This document shows positions 35,901 through 46,100 of a DNA stretch of 64,000 nt, piece by piece. The stretch spans positions 1 through 64,000 of the forward strand of contig MCFE01000187.1 of NCBI GenBank assembly GCA_002104905.1, in the 5' to 3' direction. Source of the DNA: Basidiobolus meristosporus CBS 931.73. Lineage: Eukaryota > Fungi > Basidiobolomycota. The notes beneath the pieces were generated by a model that did no database searches, was not told the DNA's origin, and saw only the letters and a program-made list of their open reading frames with translations. How positions within the stretch are numbered: the first letter of the stretch is position 1; every line of letters begins with the position of its first letter. Both the position numbers and the translations under genes were made by a program.

Positions 35901-36247
35901 GGCGACAGATTTGGACTTCTGCCAATCAAAGCTCTGCCCGCGAGTATCTGACCATGATCTCTTCCTCAGGTGAATGGTCGTTGGACGAAGCCGCCTCCCA
36001 AATGATTTTAGAGAAGATCGAGGAGAACACTCAACTGATGAGGAAATACGAGCCTGTAGCCAAGCGGTTGGCCACCGATATCGTGTTGGTGAAAGGACTA
36101 GGCGCCAAGGGTACATTTGGCGAGCAGAAAACCTGCTACGGCTGGTCGGAACACTCGACCAACGTGGTTGTTCACAGCGTGGAGGCCGAACATCACGAGC
36201 TGATGTTTGAGCCGCATGTAGCCAGGATTGCCCAGTATCTCCAATAG
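11063..36247 (+). CDS. NRPS1: hexamodular nonribosomal peptide synthetase, join(11063..24016, 24083..28675, 28754..36247), about 8346 aa; C0-A-T-E-C-A-T-C-A-T-E-C-A-T-E-C-A-T-C-A-T-E-TE
   Basis: Six A domains (TSGSTGxPKG, YGPTE, YxTGDL), six T domains (GGDSI), four E domains (HHxIxDLxSW, ExHGR, RTxGWFT), five full C domains (HHAxxD) and a terminal TE (GYSFGG, IIDT, EHH). The three track ORFs join in frame through two phase-0 introns. The start was moved from the track's 10952 to ATG 11063 by comparison with the paralog. Confidence 0.93.
11715..16701 (+). repeat. About 5.0 kb near-identical copy of 48596..53582 (A1-T1-E1-C and start of A2)
   Basis: Constant offset 36881; many shadow ORFs in the track are duplicated at this offset; only scattered substitutions. 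Confidence 0.95.
15070..18240 (+). other. NRPS1 module 2 (C-A2-T2); boundaries approximate
   Basis: C motif HHAINDGWS; T motif IGGDSIL; A2 code D-A-F-M-L-G-A-V-M-K, similar to published Leu-type codes. Confidence 0.85.
18340..22830 (+). other. NRPS1 module 3 (C-A3-T3-E2); boundaries approximate
   Basis: HHALYDGWS; LGGDSIS; HHLIVDLVSW and EGHGRE; A3 code D-A-I-M-V-G-A-V-A-K. Confidence 0.85.
19793..20184 (+). repeat. 392 bp near-identical copy of 24431..24822 (N-terminal part of A3 and A4)
   Basis: Offset 4638; only a few substitutions visible. Confidence 0.9.
20699..23023 (+). repeat. About 2.3 kb near-identical copy of 25337..27661 (A C-terminus, T, E, start of C)
   Basis: Offset 4638; shadow ORFs 20701/25339, 21064/25702 and 21607/26245 are duplicated. 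Confidence 0.95.
22910..27470 (+). other. NRPS1 module 4 (C with intron 1, A4-T4-E3); boundaries approximate
   Basis: HHAILDATSW; LGGDSIS; HHLIVDLVSW; A4 code D-P-I-A-V-G-A-V-A-K. Confidence 0.85.
24017..24082 (+). other. Spliceosomal intron 1 of NRPS1 (66 nt, phase 0)
   Basis: GTAAAC donor after codon GAG; TACTAAT branch site at 24054-24060; TAG acceptor. Splicing gives KEATE|YPLSLNV, matching the uninterrupted EPTEYRLCLN in the first full C domain. Confidence 0.88.
27550..30810 (+). other. NRPS1 module 5 (C with intron 2, A5-T5); boundaries approximate
   Basis: HHAILDATAW; LGGDSIL; A5 code D-A-F-M-M-I-G-V-L-K. Confidence 0.85.
28676..28753 (+). other. Spliceosomal intron 2 of NRPS1 (78 nt, phase 0)
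   Basis: Atypical GTTGGA donor after codon GAG; GCTAAT branch site at 28732-28737; TAG acceptor. Splicing gives NERTE|YALVLNI, the same position as intron 1. Confidence 0.8.
29102..31486 (+). repeat. About 2.4 kb highly similar copy of 56671..59055 (NRPS1 A5-T5-C versus NRPS2 A3-T3-C)
   Basis: Offset 27569; shadow ORFs 29230/56799, 29653/57222 and 31142/58711 are duplicated; colinearity continues at lower identity to about 32408/59977. Confidence 0.92.
30920..35440 (+). other. NRPS1 module 6 (C-A6-T6-E4); boundaries approximate
   Basis: HHALYDGWS; T6 Ser codon at 34013; E4 HHFIIDLMSW at 34547, ETHGRQ, RTVGWFT; A6 code D-A-I-M-V-G-A-V-A-K, the same as A3. Confidence 0.85.
35570..36247 (+). 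other. NRPS1 C-terminal type I thioesterase domain
   Basis: GPYYLHGYSFGGLVAFEIARQL (Ser codon at 35798), LTIIDT, EHHELM. Confidence 0.9.
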
Positions 36248-36302
36248 GAGCCCTCTACTAGTATATGTTTCCCGCAACTCCCATGTTAACTTGATTGACA
36301 CC

Positions 36303-36308
36303 AATAAA
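36303..36308 (+). terminator. Candidate polyadenylation signal of NRPS1
   Basis: AATAAA about 55 nt after the stop codon. Confidence 0.4.
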
Positions 36309-36603
36309 CGGAACTCTTAACCATATCATAGTACCTGAGTAACCAGCGTCCGTGACCTTTGGAACCAATTAATCCCACCTGTCCGACATGGCCACTACCA
36401 CATTCCGCACGAATCGCTTTTCAAGTGATCTGGTCGGTCATACATTTTGTCCACCTGATAGTGGTAGAGTTGTTGAGCAATTGGGGGCACGCATATAATG
36501 GGTGAGAAGCTGGCCAATACACACATCAAGTAGCTCTATTTCACCATCCACTAAGTGTCTCTGCCATTACTCCCTTTGCCTGTGACTTGACTTTGTTGTT
36601 AGT

Positions 36604-36990
36604 TTACTGGCTCCCATATGTCCTTGTCTTCAGCCAGCACTGCAAGGTCTAGCACCTCATCTGCTAGCCTTTGCAATATTCAAGTGCTTTTCTCTAGCAC
36701 TGCTCTTGAAGAAGTGCTGCAACCTTTTAGTATGCCTATTAGTATTTGAATATTCCAATGTAGGCATTGTGAAAGTCCTCTGATTTCTTGATGTTGTTGC
36801 TTTGCATGTTAGTGGGATCTCCACTCTGTCTATCTTGGAGGATGTTGAGGCTATGGTAGACAAATTGTCTTTCTCTGCCAACATATCTACATCACTGGAG
36901 TGTAGCTCAACTGGCTGTGCCTCAAACCTTTGTAACACTGCTGCTGTCTTGTTAGTGATTCTTCTTGGCTATTATGGGGTTTGGACTGTT
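36604..36990 (-). repeat. Unclassified repeat family, copy 1 (diverged relative of 38914..39320)
   Basis: Shared AGCCAGCACTGCAAGGTCTAGCACCTCATCTGC, GAAGTGCTGCAACC, AGTGGGATCTCCACTCTGTC and TTCTTCTTGGCTAT; both copies translate to RHTKRLQHFxKSSA on the minus strand. Confidence 0.8.
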
Positions 36991-38830
36991 CCAAGACTTA
37001 TCCTCCTTGCATGCAACTACTTCTAGATCTTCAATGTCTTTTCATATATAAGCATAGGTATGTATCAATGACTCTCCTCCGCATTCTGTGTAAGGGTTTT
37101 TTGGTGGGCATTATCTTTGAGTACTGGTATTGTGCTTTAAGGCCCAGCCAATATTGCACTGCTGTTCATTAGGCAAAGGTTCAATCCTGCTCCATTTCAC
37201 AGAGTTGCTAAAGTTTCTACTCTGCTGCCCTGATACTGCCCTCTATACCTGAAATAATGAATGCCCCTAATACATCATGAGATCAACCTATCTCTGCATT
37301 ACTTGATTTTTCTGAGCCATTTCATCTATCATGCTGGCCACAGCCCCAATTGCATTTTCAATGAGCTTATTTGTGTACTTGCAATTAGTGGTGATAGGTT
37401 TATGATAGTCATTGATTGGTCATATATCCAATGTAGGGCATTTGCCACATTCTTGTATGCCTGAGCATTATGGTCACTGCAGCTCTCCAGATATATGCTT
37501 GACTGAGAGCCTGAAGAGAGCACAATAGTATCTTCAGTGAGCACACTGTGAATAAGGCCTACTTAAGTACCACTTACTACTCTGGATGCCAATGTAGTCA
37601 GTAGTCCCTCATATCATTTGCTGCCATTGGCCACAGTGCTTGGTTGGGTACCATTGGTGCCTACAATATCTTTTGGCAGCCCATATGGAGTAGGGAGTCA
37701 GACCTGGAGGAATACAGTGCTTGATATTGATGTGTATGAGGTCCCTCAACTTTACTAACAATGTTTACCATTGTGGGATATAATTCAATTGTACAAACAA
37801 ATATATTTAATATCAATGTGAATGACTTTTTCAAACTCACATGAAAACCAATAAAGAATCAATATGATACTGACATGCCAAGGTACATCAAATTACTAGC
37901 CCCATGGACGTGAATACTCTGCTTACATACAAGAAGAGAAGAGCAGAATGACTATGTGATTATTTTAGATAGCCACTCAACTGTGAGACATGCAGGCTGC
38001 ATAGGAAATATGACAATGATTATAGCAAATGACTTGCTAAAGAAGTCACACTTGAACCTTCATTGGACACCACAGCTTCTAACTGTCACTTCTGGAAAAG
38101 TTGGATTCAGCTTATATTGGGATTTTGTTCTGCTGGCTTTTTCTTAGTTTTATTTCTCTGGGAGGGGCCTTAAGCAGTTACTACTACTTCTGGCCAAAAT
38201 TACTCCAGTATGCTACTTACCATGTAAATGGTATAAACAACCCACTGTAATATGGCTGGCAACATATAACCTAAATTGTCAGAGACCTGCCACAAAAGGA
38301 GGAAAACATTCATATAGCTTGGATATTCCCCAGAGGTACATTTTCTAATAAAGCTTATGCAATCAAATCAATATAGGACTCCTTATGAAATATAATGGTG
38401 ATGATCCTGTCAAAAGGCTTTCACAGAATTATAATCTCATGACTAGGAGGTATTAATCCTATGAGGACACTATGCAAAGACCATGAAAAAAAATTGCACC
38501 CCAGATTTTGCCAACAACTTGGTCAAAATTTTTCATCTCAGTGATATTTTGGTAGCTTTTGATTGGTTCCCTGCCAATTTGCTCACTTTCTGATCCCAGA
38601 CACTTGACCACCTCCTATGTTTGTGTGCATTGATTGGCTATTGCCTCTTTTTCACACTCCTTACTTCTTGACTCAACCTTTTCTCTTACTTTTTATGCAT
38701 ACAAACTGACTTATATTTGTTGAAACTTCAGTTGTACCTCAATTGCCAATTGTATTGACCTATACAAGTTCCTATACCCTACACTAACATTAAGCCCAAC
38801 CCCACACTCAACCAGTAACTCCATTGAGAT

Positions 38831-39667
38831 TCACCACTCAATACACATTTCTGCTGTAATGCTCTGTTTCCATGACTCCAGTGGGAGCCCAACAGCTTTA
38901 TGCCACTGTTCATTCACTGGTTCCCACACATCCTGGTCTTTAGCCAGCACTGCAAGGTCTAGCACCTCATCTGCCAGTCTCTGCAATAAATCCTTGCAAT
39001 ATTCAAGTGTGCTTTCTTGAGCACTGCTCTTGAGGAAGTGCTGCAACCTCTTGGTGTGCCTATTAATGTTCCATAATTCCACCAAAGGCATTGAGATCGC
39101 CTTTTAAGTTCTTAATGGTGCTACTTTGTCTGACAGTGGGATCTCCACTCTGTCAACAATGGAAGATGTGGAGGCTGTGGTAGATTAATTACCTTTCTCT
39201 GCAAACTCATCTACCTTGCTGGAGTGCAGCTCAACTGCCTGTGCTTCCAACTCTTGTGAAAACAGCTGCTTTCTAGTTGGTAATTCTTCTTGGCTATAAT
39301 AGGACTCAGTCTGTTCTGGGCTTACAGCATTAATTGACAAGAACTGCAGTTTTTTTTGTATGCTTCCCAGTCTCAGGCTTGGGTAGACACTTTTCCCTTT
39401 ACCTTTTCCTTTATCACTGCCAGGCCTTTCACTGCTACTTTGTCTGAGTGCTTCTTGTATCATACTTTGTTTTCTCCTTAATAAATTCTGATCTGACAAA
39501 TCAATTTTGGCCTGCTTGTCCCTTGCTGGCACTCTCCTGGCAACTTGACATTTATTTACTGCTTGTTTTGAGCTCTCAGCCATAGTTGTGACCGGTGTGG
39601 TGGTGTATAGGTCCAAGGGAGAGATACGTCCAACACTTCTCAAGTGTTTTGTGTGTGGGGTGTTCAC
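38831..39667 (-). pseudogene. Unclassified repeat family, copy 2: about 279-codon frame broken by two stops (possibly gag-like or a transposon accessory ORF)
   Basis: Track ORFs 39185..39667 and 38831..39091 are in the same frame; homologous to 36604..36990 and to a short third fragment at about 40705..40750. Confidence 0.55.
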
Positions 39668-39897
39668 TGGGTGCGATAACCTCTGGCAAAAGCTTGCTAG
39701 GAATACTTGGGTTCTGTCTCTAATCTAATGTGAAGGGGAATAAAGCCACAAGCTTGTCAAGGGAAAACTATTGAGCTACAATCCCCAGCTTAGTTGGCGT
39801 CTTAACAAAAGTATATGCTGGGTTCAGCGTCCTTTGAGATGACAATGTACTAAAGCTTCCAAAGTCAAAACAACTGTAAACTCCACCAGCAGGGACT

Positions 39898-40486
39898 TGA
39901 TAAGAATGCAGCTGTGGTCAATAGTTACAAAGACAGAAAAGTATCTTTGCCTGTACAAGAACAAACTTGGGAAAGAATCAAATATAATAAAAGATACCTA
40001 CTCTGAGTATTCCTCACAAGTAGTGCCTCCAAGGTCAGTTGGCTGTCAGCGCGGTTTCCTGAGAGTGTCCTGTGGTCTGGGGTTGGAAGTTCAGGTAGCA
40101 GCAGGTAGCAGTGATCACACTAATCAACAAGTCGGTAAATTGATAAAAGGGATGATGAATTATTGTTGAGGGATAGCCTCCCTTATATACTTTTTTTTCA
40201 CTGGCTAAGTGATTACTAATCATGGTGTTCCAGAAGGTTCCGGAGATCAATAGAAATCTTAATGACATCAGAATGACCTAAGAATATTCTAAGTAGGTGC
40301 CGGAAGGTTCTAAGAGGCACAGCACATCCAACCAATCAGGAATCAGTATTCTGAAACCTGTGTAACATGGGGATACCATATATGGTATGGAAATGGTAGG
40401 GATGGTGACACGGGCTGATCATGTGTCACGGGTACTGGCGCAGGTACTTGCCTAATATAGAAGTACTTATAGCTAGTAATCTTACA
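39898..40486 (-). mobile_element. LTR-like relic on the minus strand, related to the LTR at 3089..3609; boundaries uncertain
   Basis: The reverse complement carries TCCGGAACCTTCT (40231-40245), CCATATATGG (40376-40385), CACATGATCAG (40415-40425) and AAAAAGTATATA (about 40183-40198), all also present in the first LTR; candidate ends TGATAAG and CTTACA. Confidence 0.5.
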
Positions 40487-40950
40487 TAAAGTGAGGGGTA
40501 ACTTATGCAATAAGGTAAGCAGGTGTGATAGTCAACCGGCTTATGGGATAGTACTGATTGGGTAAGACAAATGGGATAAAACTAAAATAAGTGTAGTAGA
40601 GATATAGGGAAGTAGAAAATAAGGGAATGAGCACATCTGTCAGTGAGTGTCACTGTCACCCCACTACACCGGCTTCTTTAAAAGCCTCTGGTTTTTATCA
40701 CTGCCAGGTCCTTCACAGCTACTTTGACTGAGTTCATCTTGAGTGGTACCATGCTTTTTATTTTGCTATAGCTTTATTAATAATGCTTACTATGGTGGGC
40801 CATCATTGAGTCTTACATTCATGTAGGTGCAATGTCTCAAGTACACACTGTCTTAAAATAATAAATAACTCTGCCAGTAAATTCTGCTGGCTACTGATTC
40901 TCATCAGCCTGAATCTGCTGCCAATTGTACAGTCTCAGAGTAGAAATCTG

Positions 40951-41960
40951 ATGGTGGTCCCACTGATATATGGGCCGGAGTCACTGGCCATCCTGGATAG
41001 CTACCTGTCTTCATTGCTGGATGAATTGTGTATGCTATCTAATGGGATACCAGTAAACAATGGTCATGCCAAAGGGCATGCTATTATCTATATTGGAGAT
41101 ACCCTAGCCAGGAGCAAGATAGCTGGCTTTCCTGGACACAATGGATAGTAATGCTGTTAAATGTGTGAGATCCAGGTTACAAACTCCATTACTCACACAC
41201 ATTATTATTTTTTAAACACCAACACTGAGAACATCATTTTCCCACAGAGAGAACATACCAAAGTCAGCAGGCAATTGCAGCAAAGCTGGCAAGCTATAAG
41301 CCATTGACCAGAATGTGGAATTAATCAAAAACCAGGGATATTAAAGATAGAGGGAATATGCTGGAGCAAAAATCTTCCACTGGGAGTAAGGCATTTGCTC
41401 ATCAACAATATCCCTACACTAATGACCAAGTTGTACATGTGGCATTTCAAGCTAAATGAGCCCATTGATATACCAGAGAAATTTCAAAAACTGGCAAGGT
41501 ATTACAGAGTATCCATTACCCAAAGTATTTCTCATAGGCTCCAGTCAATATTAAATACACATATGTAACAATACAAATGCAAGGACTGGATGAACTGGAT
41601 ATGTACTTATTCAAGTGGTCTTCTGAAGGCATGTCTACCAAGAGTACATTGGAAGCCTTTGGAGTCATATGTTGACATTATAGGAATATTTATCCAGAAG
41701 CAGATTACTAAGGCCAACTTGATGCATCTACAGCCTTTATTCAAGAAGTTTGTGTTGGGACTTGCGCAGTCACACTACAAGCATAAAGCTAATATGCATA
41801 GATCTCTGCTGCTACTGTTTCCATTATCTACTCCATCTTGCATGGTGTGTGAAGAATATTGGACCTTGCTTCACCTATTGGTAGTTTCTTATAGAGCAGA
41901 TGTATGGGGAGATAGGAGAATGGTCAAGTTGCAAGTACCACCACATCCAAATCTCATCAA
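40951..41960 (+). pseudogene. Degenerate CACTA/En-Spm-type (Transposase_21/Tnp2-like) transposase
   Basis: Fragments across stops and frameshifts: GPESLAILDSYLSSLLDELCMLSNGI, IGDTLARSKIAGFPGHNG..CC.MC, LPLGVRHLLINN, YKCKDWMNWICTYS, LFKKFV, GPCFTYW*FLIEQMYG, in the order typical for this family (recognised from memory, not searched). Confidence 0.7.
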
Positions 41961-42905
41961 GATTATTACCTTCAAGTCTGTCATAACTGTGATGAATTTG
42001 CATGTGTACAACAGCCAGGAAAAGTTAGCAAATACTTAGGACAAATGTGCATATGGAGACATCTATGCATTTGGCAGTAAGAAGCTAAGCAGCCCCAATG
42101 TATAGGTAATTGGTTAAGTAATACAAAGTTGGGTTGGACGCCACAAGATACTAATTGTTAGTAGGACAACTTTAGAAAAGTATGCCAGGTTTTTCTGGTT
42201 ACAAGCCAATTTCTGCACCATTCCATACAAAATTCATATAAACAAGAACCTGAGCATACCAATACAGGGGACTAGAGCCCAGCAGGGAGAAGGAATCTAT
42301 TAACTAAGAATCAATAAGTATCTTGCAGATATTCAAGGGGTATTTATGGCAAATGTGGTGGTAACAAAGCATATGCTTGCAAGACTTATATGTTACCAGC
42401 AACACAAGGTATATGGCAACTCTGCAAGCATCACAGTAAAAAGCCATAAACTTGAGGTGATAGAAGTGTGTCAATTGCAGCAGGTGGGCATATATGTAGA
42501 GCTTAGTAAGCAAGATGCCATAGTTTCTCTATTCAACCTATATGTGGAGTACCTACAGTAGTAGTGGGTTAACAAATAAATTGAGGTGATTCTGTTGTGT
42601 TGTATTATCATTAGTTTGGGGCTTGTTCTACAATGTAGAGGCTAATCAACAATATACAACAACTTCCAGTATATTAATACTGAAATAGTTTATTGGGAGT
42701 TTGATATACCGATAGAAGATATAACTTTCACTAATTTCCTCAATCTTGGGCTCAAAATATACTGTAGGCAGTGTTTATCACTTCTACAGCAGTGTTCTGA
42801 CCTTCTGTCGACTAATGGGCTTATTTACTTTTATAGTAACTTTTCCTTATTTGGAAGTCACTTTCCTTTCTGAGAAAATATTTCCTAATATGGAAATTCT
42901 GAACT

Positions 42906-43146
42906 CCCCTTTAACCTAAAGGGGTGTGTTGTAGAAGTCTCTAAAGGGGTTTTTAGACCTAAAGGGGTGTCTAAAGGGGTGTCTTTAGAGTAAAGGGGCT
43001 TCTTGTAGTGGTCTCTAAAGTGGACTTTACACTAAAGGGGTGCCTAAAGGGGCTTCTTTAGAGTAAAGGGGTTTCCTAAAGGGGTCTCTAAAGGGGTCTT
43101 TAGACTAAAGGGGTGTCTTTAGAGTAAAGGGGTTTCTTAGAGGGGA
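42906..43146. repeat. Imperfect TAAAGGGG array (12 exact copies, 2 variants, 1 inverted copy)
   Basis: Exact units at 42917, 42942, 42960, 42972, 42991, 43033, 43045, 43064, 43077, 43089, 43106 and 43125; variants at 43016 and 43138; inverted CCCCTTTA at 42906. Confidence 0.9.
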
Positions 43147-46100
43147 CTTTTCCGACAGAAAAGTGGTAGTTTCTTGTAGAACTTAGATTGGATTCTTGTG
43201 AGCTTTGCAGTCTCTTTACTGATGTAGTACCGATCAAAGTCAGAATACTCAACAGTGCAAGTGATGCAGGGGAAGTCTTATAACCTTTAAACTTGTAATC
43301 GTAGTGTGGAGATTCTGGAAAGAGAGGCTCTCCCTTTATTTTTCAGCTGGGGAAGTCATATATATGAAAATTTTGAAGGATCAAAGTTTTTGGGCAATTG
43401 CGCAAGCAATACACGTGATACAAAGCTAAAATTTTGCAGTGGCGCAGATCGGACATAGGCGCAGCACCTGTGAAAATTTCACGTGATTTGATTGGCTGGT
43501 TCGAAAGTTACATGCAATCAAAGTCACCATAGTAATCCTAGCAATAAGGCATAGTATATATAATAGTTGGACTCTTTTGGTCATAACTCCTTAAGTACTG
43601 CTTCAAATGAGCTGTAATTTGAAACATGTGTTGGCTACTACGTGTTCTGTATGACATAATATTCTTGGGTGGATTGCTTGTCAGGGTCTGGAGTATTTGC
43701 TCTTCAAAGTTGGAAATTCTTGATCTTTCTCTTGTGTGTTACGATAGCAAAAAGCAAAATAAAGAAATGAGTGCAATATTGGTTTAGAGATATTGTAGTA
43801 ATGGAATACTTTCCATTACCACAATTCTACAACGGAATGTATGAATGACCCAAGGGAAGGTAGCAAAAGGAAATACCATTGGGTAAATTGGTATGGTAGC
43901 ATTATACAGTACTATCTGTAGGCAACTGTACTACCACCAGATATCTGCATCAGGGCCATCAAAATACCATCAAGTTTTTTTCCATATATGGCATTTGCAT
44001 GTACTGGCCTGTTGGGTCTCCTCAGATAAGTGTAGGCTATGATAAGACCATCAGAATGCCTTTGAAATACCATTAGGGAACTGCCTAAACACTGTCAAGT
44101 TTATTTGCCTATGTTGCAGTAGCATCAGCAAAACACCATCCTGATCCCATCATAAGATTGTGAAGAAGGTCAATAATTCTAAGCTGCTGATATTATGACT
44201 CCCTTATTGCAGGATCTTATTGGCTGATCTGGATTGGATCCACCTGCAGGACCAAATTATTTTTCTTAGGGAGAAGCCATGTGTTACTTCCAAGCAAAAA
44301 TCTTTGAGTTGGAGTTCTTTGCATTTTTGACTGGTTTTCTGGTGTATTTGGCTGGTTTTCTGATAGTATTTTGCCAGCATTCAGCTTGTGGTTCAGCTTC
44401 AAATTTTCAGTTGAAGTTTTTGATGAAAGCAATGAGTAGCTGCTTGCCTAATTTGGTATGAAGGCTAGTTGACCAAGATCTCACTTGGTGAAGATGCCTG
44501 CTTGTCATCTGTGAAGCTGGTATCTTTGATATTAAGAGTTGTCACTTATGGGAAAGTTGAAAAACAGTTGATATTATTTTAGTAATCTGCAGGCCTTTTT
44601 GTAGAACATGCTCAAGAATGCTCCAAGAGCATGTGTGCAAGGTTGCAGACATTTGGATGAGCTGCAAACTTTGATGTTCTAGGTGCTATCCATTGTGGTA
44701 AGTATATTTCAGGTAGATCTAAACAAAGAATCCAGGTAGAAATTAGCCAAGCTCATATGCCATGATGTGATGTAATTTAAATATTTAGGTATGGGTGCAA
44801 AATGAGGAACCCCAAAAGCCCCCAAACATCAATGTGACTTCGGCTACATGGCAGGCGGCAGCGATGCTAGATTGGGTCGGGATACTTGATCAAAGTGGAT
44901 ATTCACTGAGTAGCGACCAATGTACTGAGCTACCGGGTTTGAGTAGGATGGAAATCCAAATGAACAAAAGGATTTGCTGAACTACCAGCCAAAGCATGCT
45001 GTGGCACGCACTATCACTAGAGGTGGAATGAAGGAGTGCGAGGCGACCCAGTAGGATCCGTTTCAGAGTGCACAATGCTTCTACATTAGAGATAATCATA
45101 TACAAACTTGGTGTTTGGGAATCAAGTGTACGTCGTTGGCTGCATCGATACATACTGCCATGGAATTCCCAGCATCTAGGCTAGATCGACTTGGATCCCG
45201 ATCCACATACATACTGGGATCCATCTGGCAGTGGGTGGATCGTGCAAACAGTCGAGTTTGGAATGGTTCTGGGAACACAGTGTAAGCAGTTCGGAATGAC
45301 TGGGGCTATTTACTGGTGAGAACAAAACAAGCAGCATTGATGGTAGATATCTTCGATCTGATGTAGTAAATGAGTGAATAGTCTCACATCCACGCTTAAG
45401 ATGTCTAGGTGCCAAAGGCCCGTGAGATCAATCCATTCTGATCCCGATGCTGGTGCGCTGTAGGCCATCTGGAAACACTGATTCGATGATAAACCAATCA
45501 CATGAAGCAGTGACGCTTGGTCCACAACTGGATCGGGGTTGGATTGCCCGAATCTTCAGAACCATCTGCAATAGGGAGCCCTACATGATCTCAGTCGTAG
45601 GGTGTAACTGGGGATCTATACCACATTGGATCCGCTAAGCTAATTTGGAGACATCGCGTTTTGATATGATAACACGACAATCAGATCATTTTGGTACCAC
45701 CCTTTAAACAGAGTTGTTTGTTCTGGGTACCCCTACAGAGAACATGCTCACTACCTCATCGTAGTCACAATATGATTGCGACACTGGTGTGCTGCCAGAA
45801 GACATCATTGTTGATAAATCCTGTCCTGTCGATGTTTAGATCATGAACCAAATGAAAGTCAGTCATTGCTTGATACCTAGAATGCTACACTACTTCATTT
45901 CTCAATGGAGTTGACCGGGAGTCCCAATCTCCCCCACTAACCCAGTCTCGAACTTTGACTCACCCTTCCGGCGTTCAGTTTCGCACACCACATATGTAAA
46001 TCCATCCATCCATATACACGTACAAACATGATGTCCAATTCTATAGTTACTTCAGGATTGATGGTTGCATCGCAATGAAAATATAGGAAAACTCATCAAT

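Noticed and set aside
37329-37544. VLSSGSQSSIY resembling a retroviral protease motif
   Set aside because: The catalytic Asp is absent and there is no other supporting motif
39765-39790. Minus-strand GGGGATTGTAGCTCAATAG resembling the 5' end of tRNA-Ala
   Set aside because: No anticodon arm, T-loop or acceptor stem follows
40662-43010. CACTA at 40662 and TTCTTGTAGTG at 43000-43010 as terminal inverted repeats of the CACTA relic
   Set aside because: The right-hand motif is embedded in the TAAAGGGG array, the match is only about 7 bp and the 3-bp flanks (CCC and GTC) do not form a target-site duplication
42906-43146. CRISPR-like interpretation of the repeat array
   Set aside because: Units are 8 bp with short, related spacers, the context is eukaryotic and there are no cas genes
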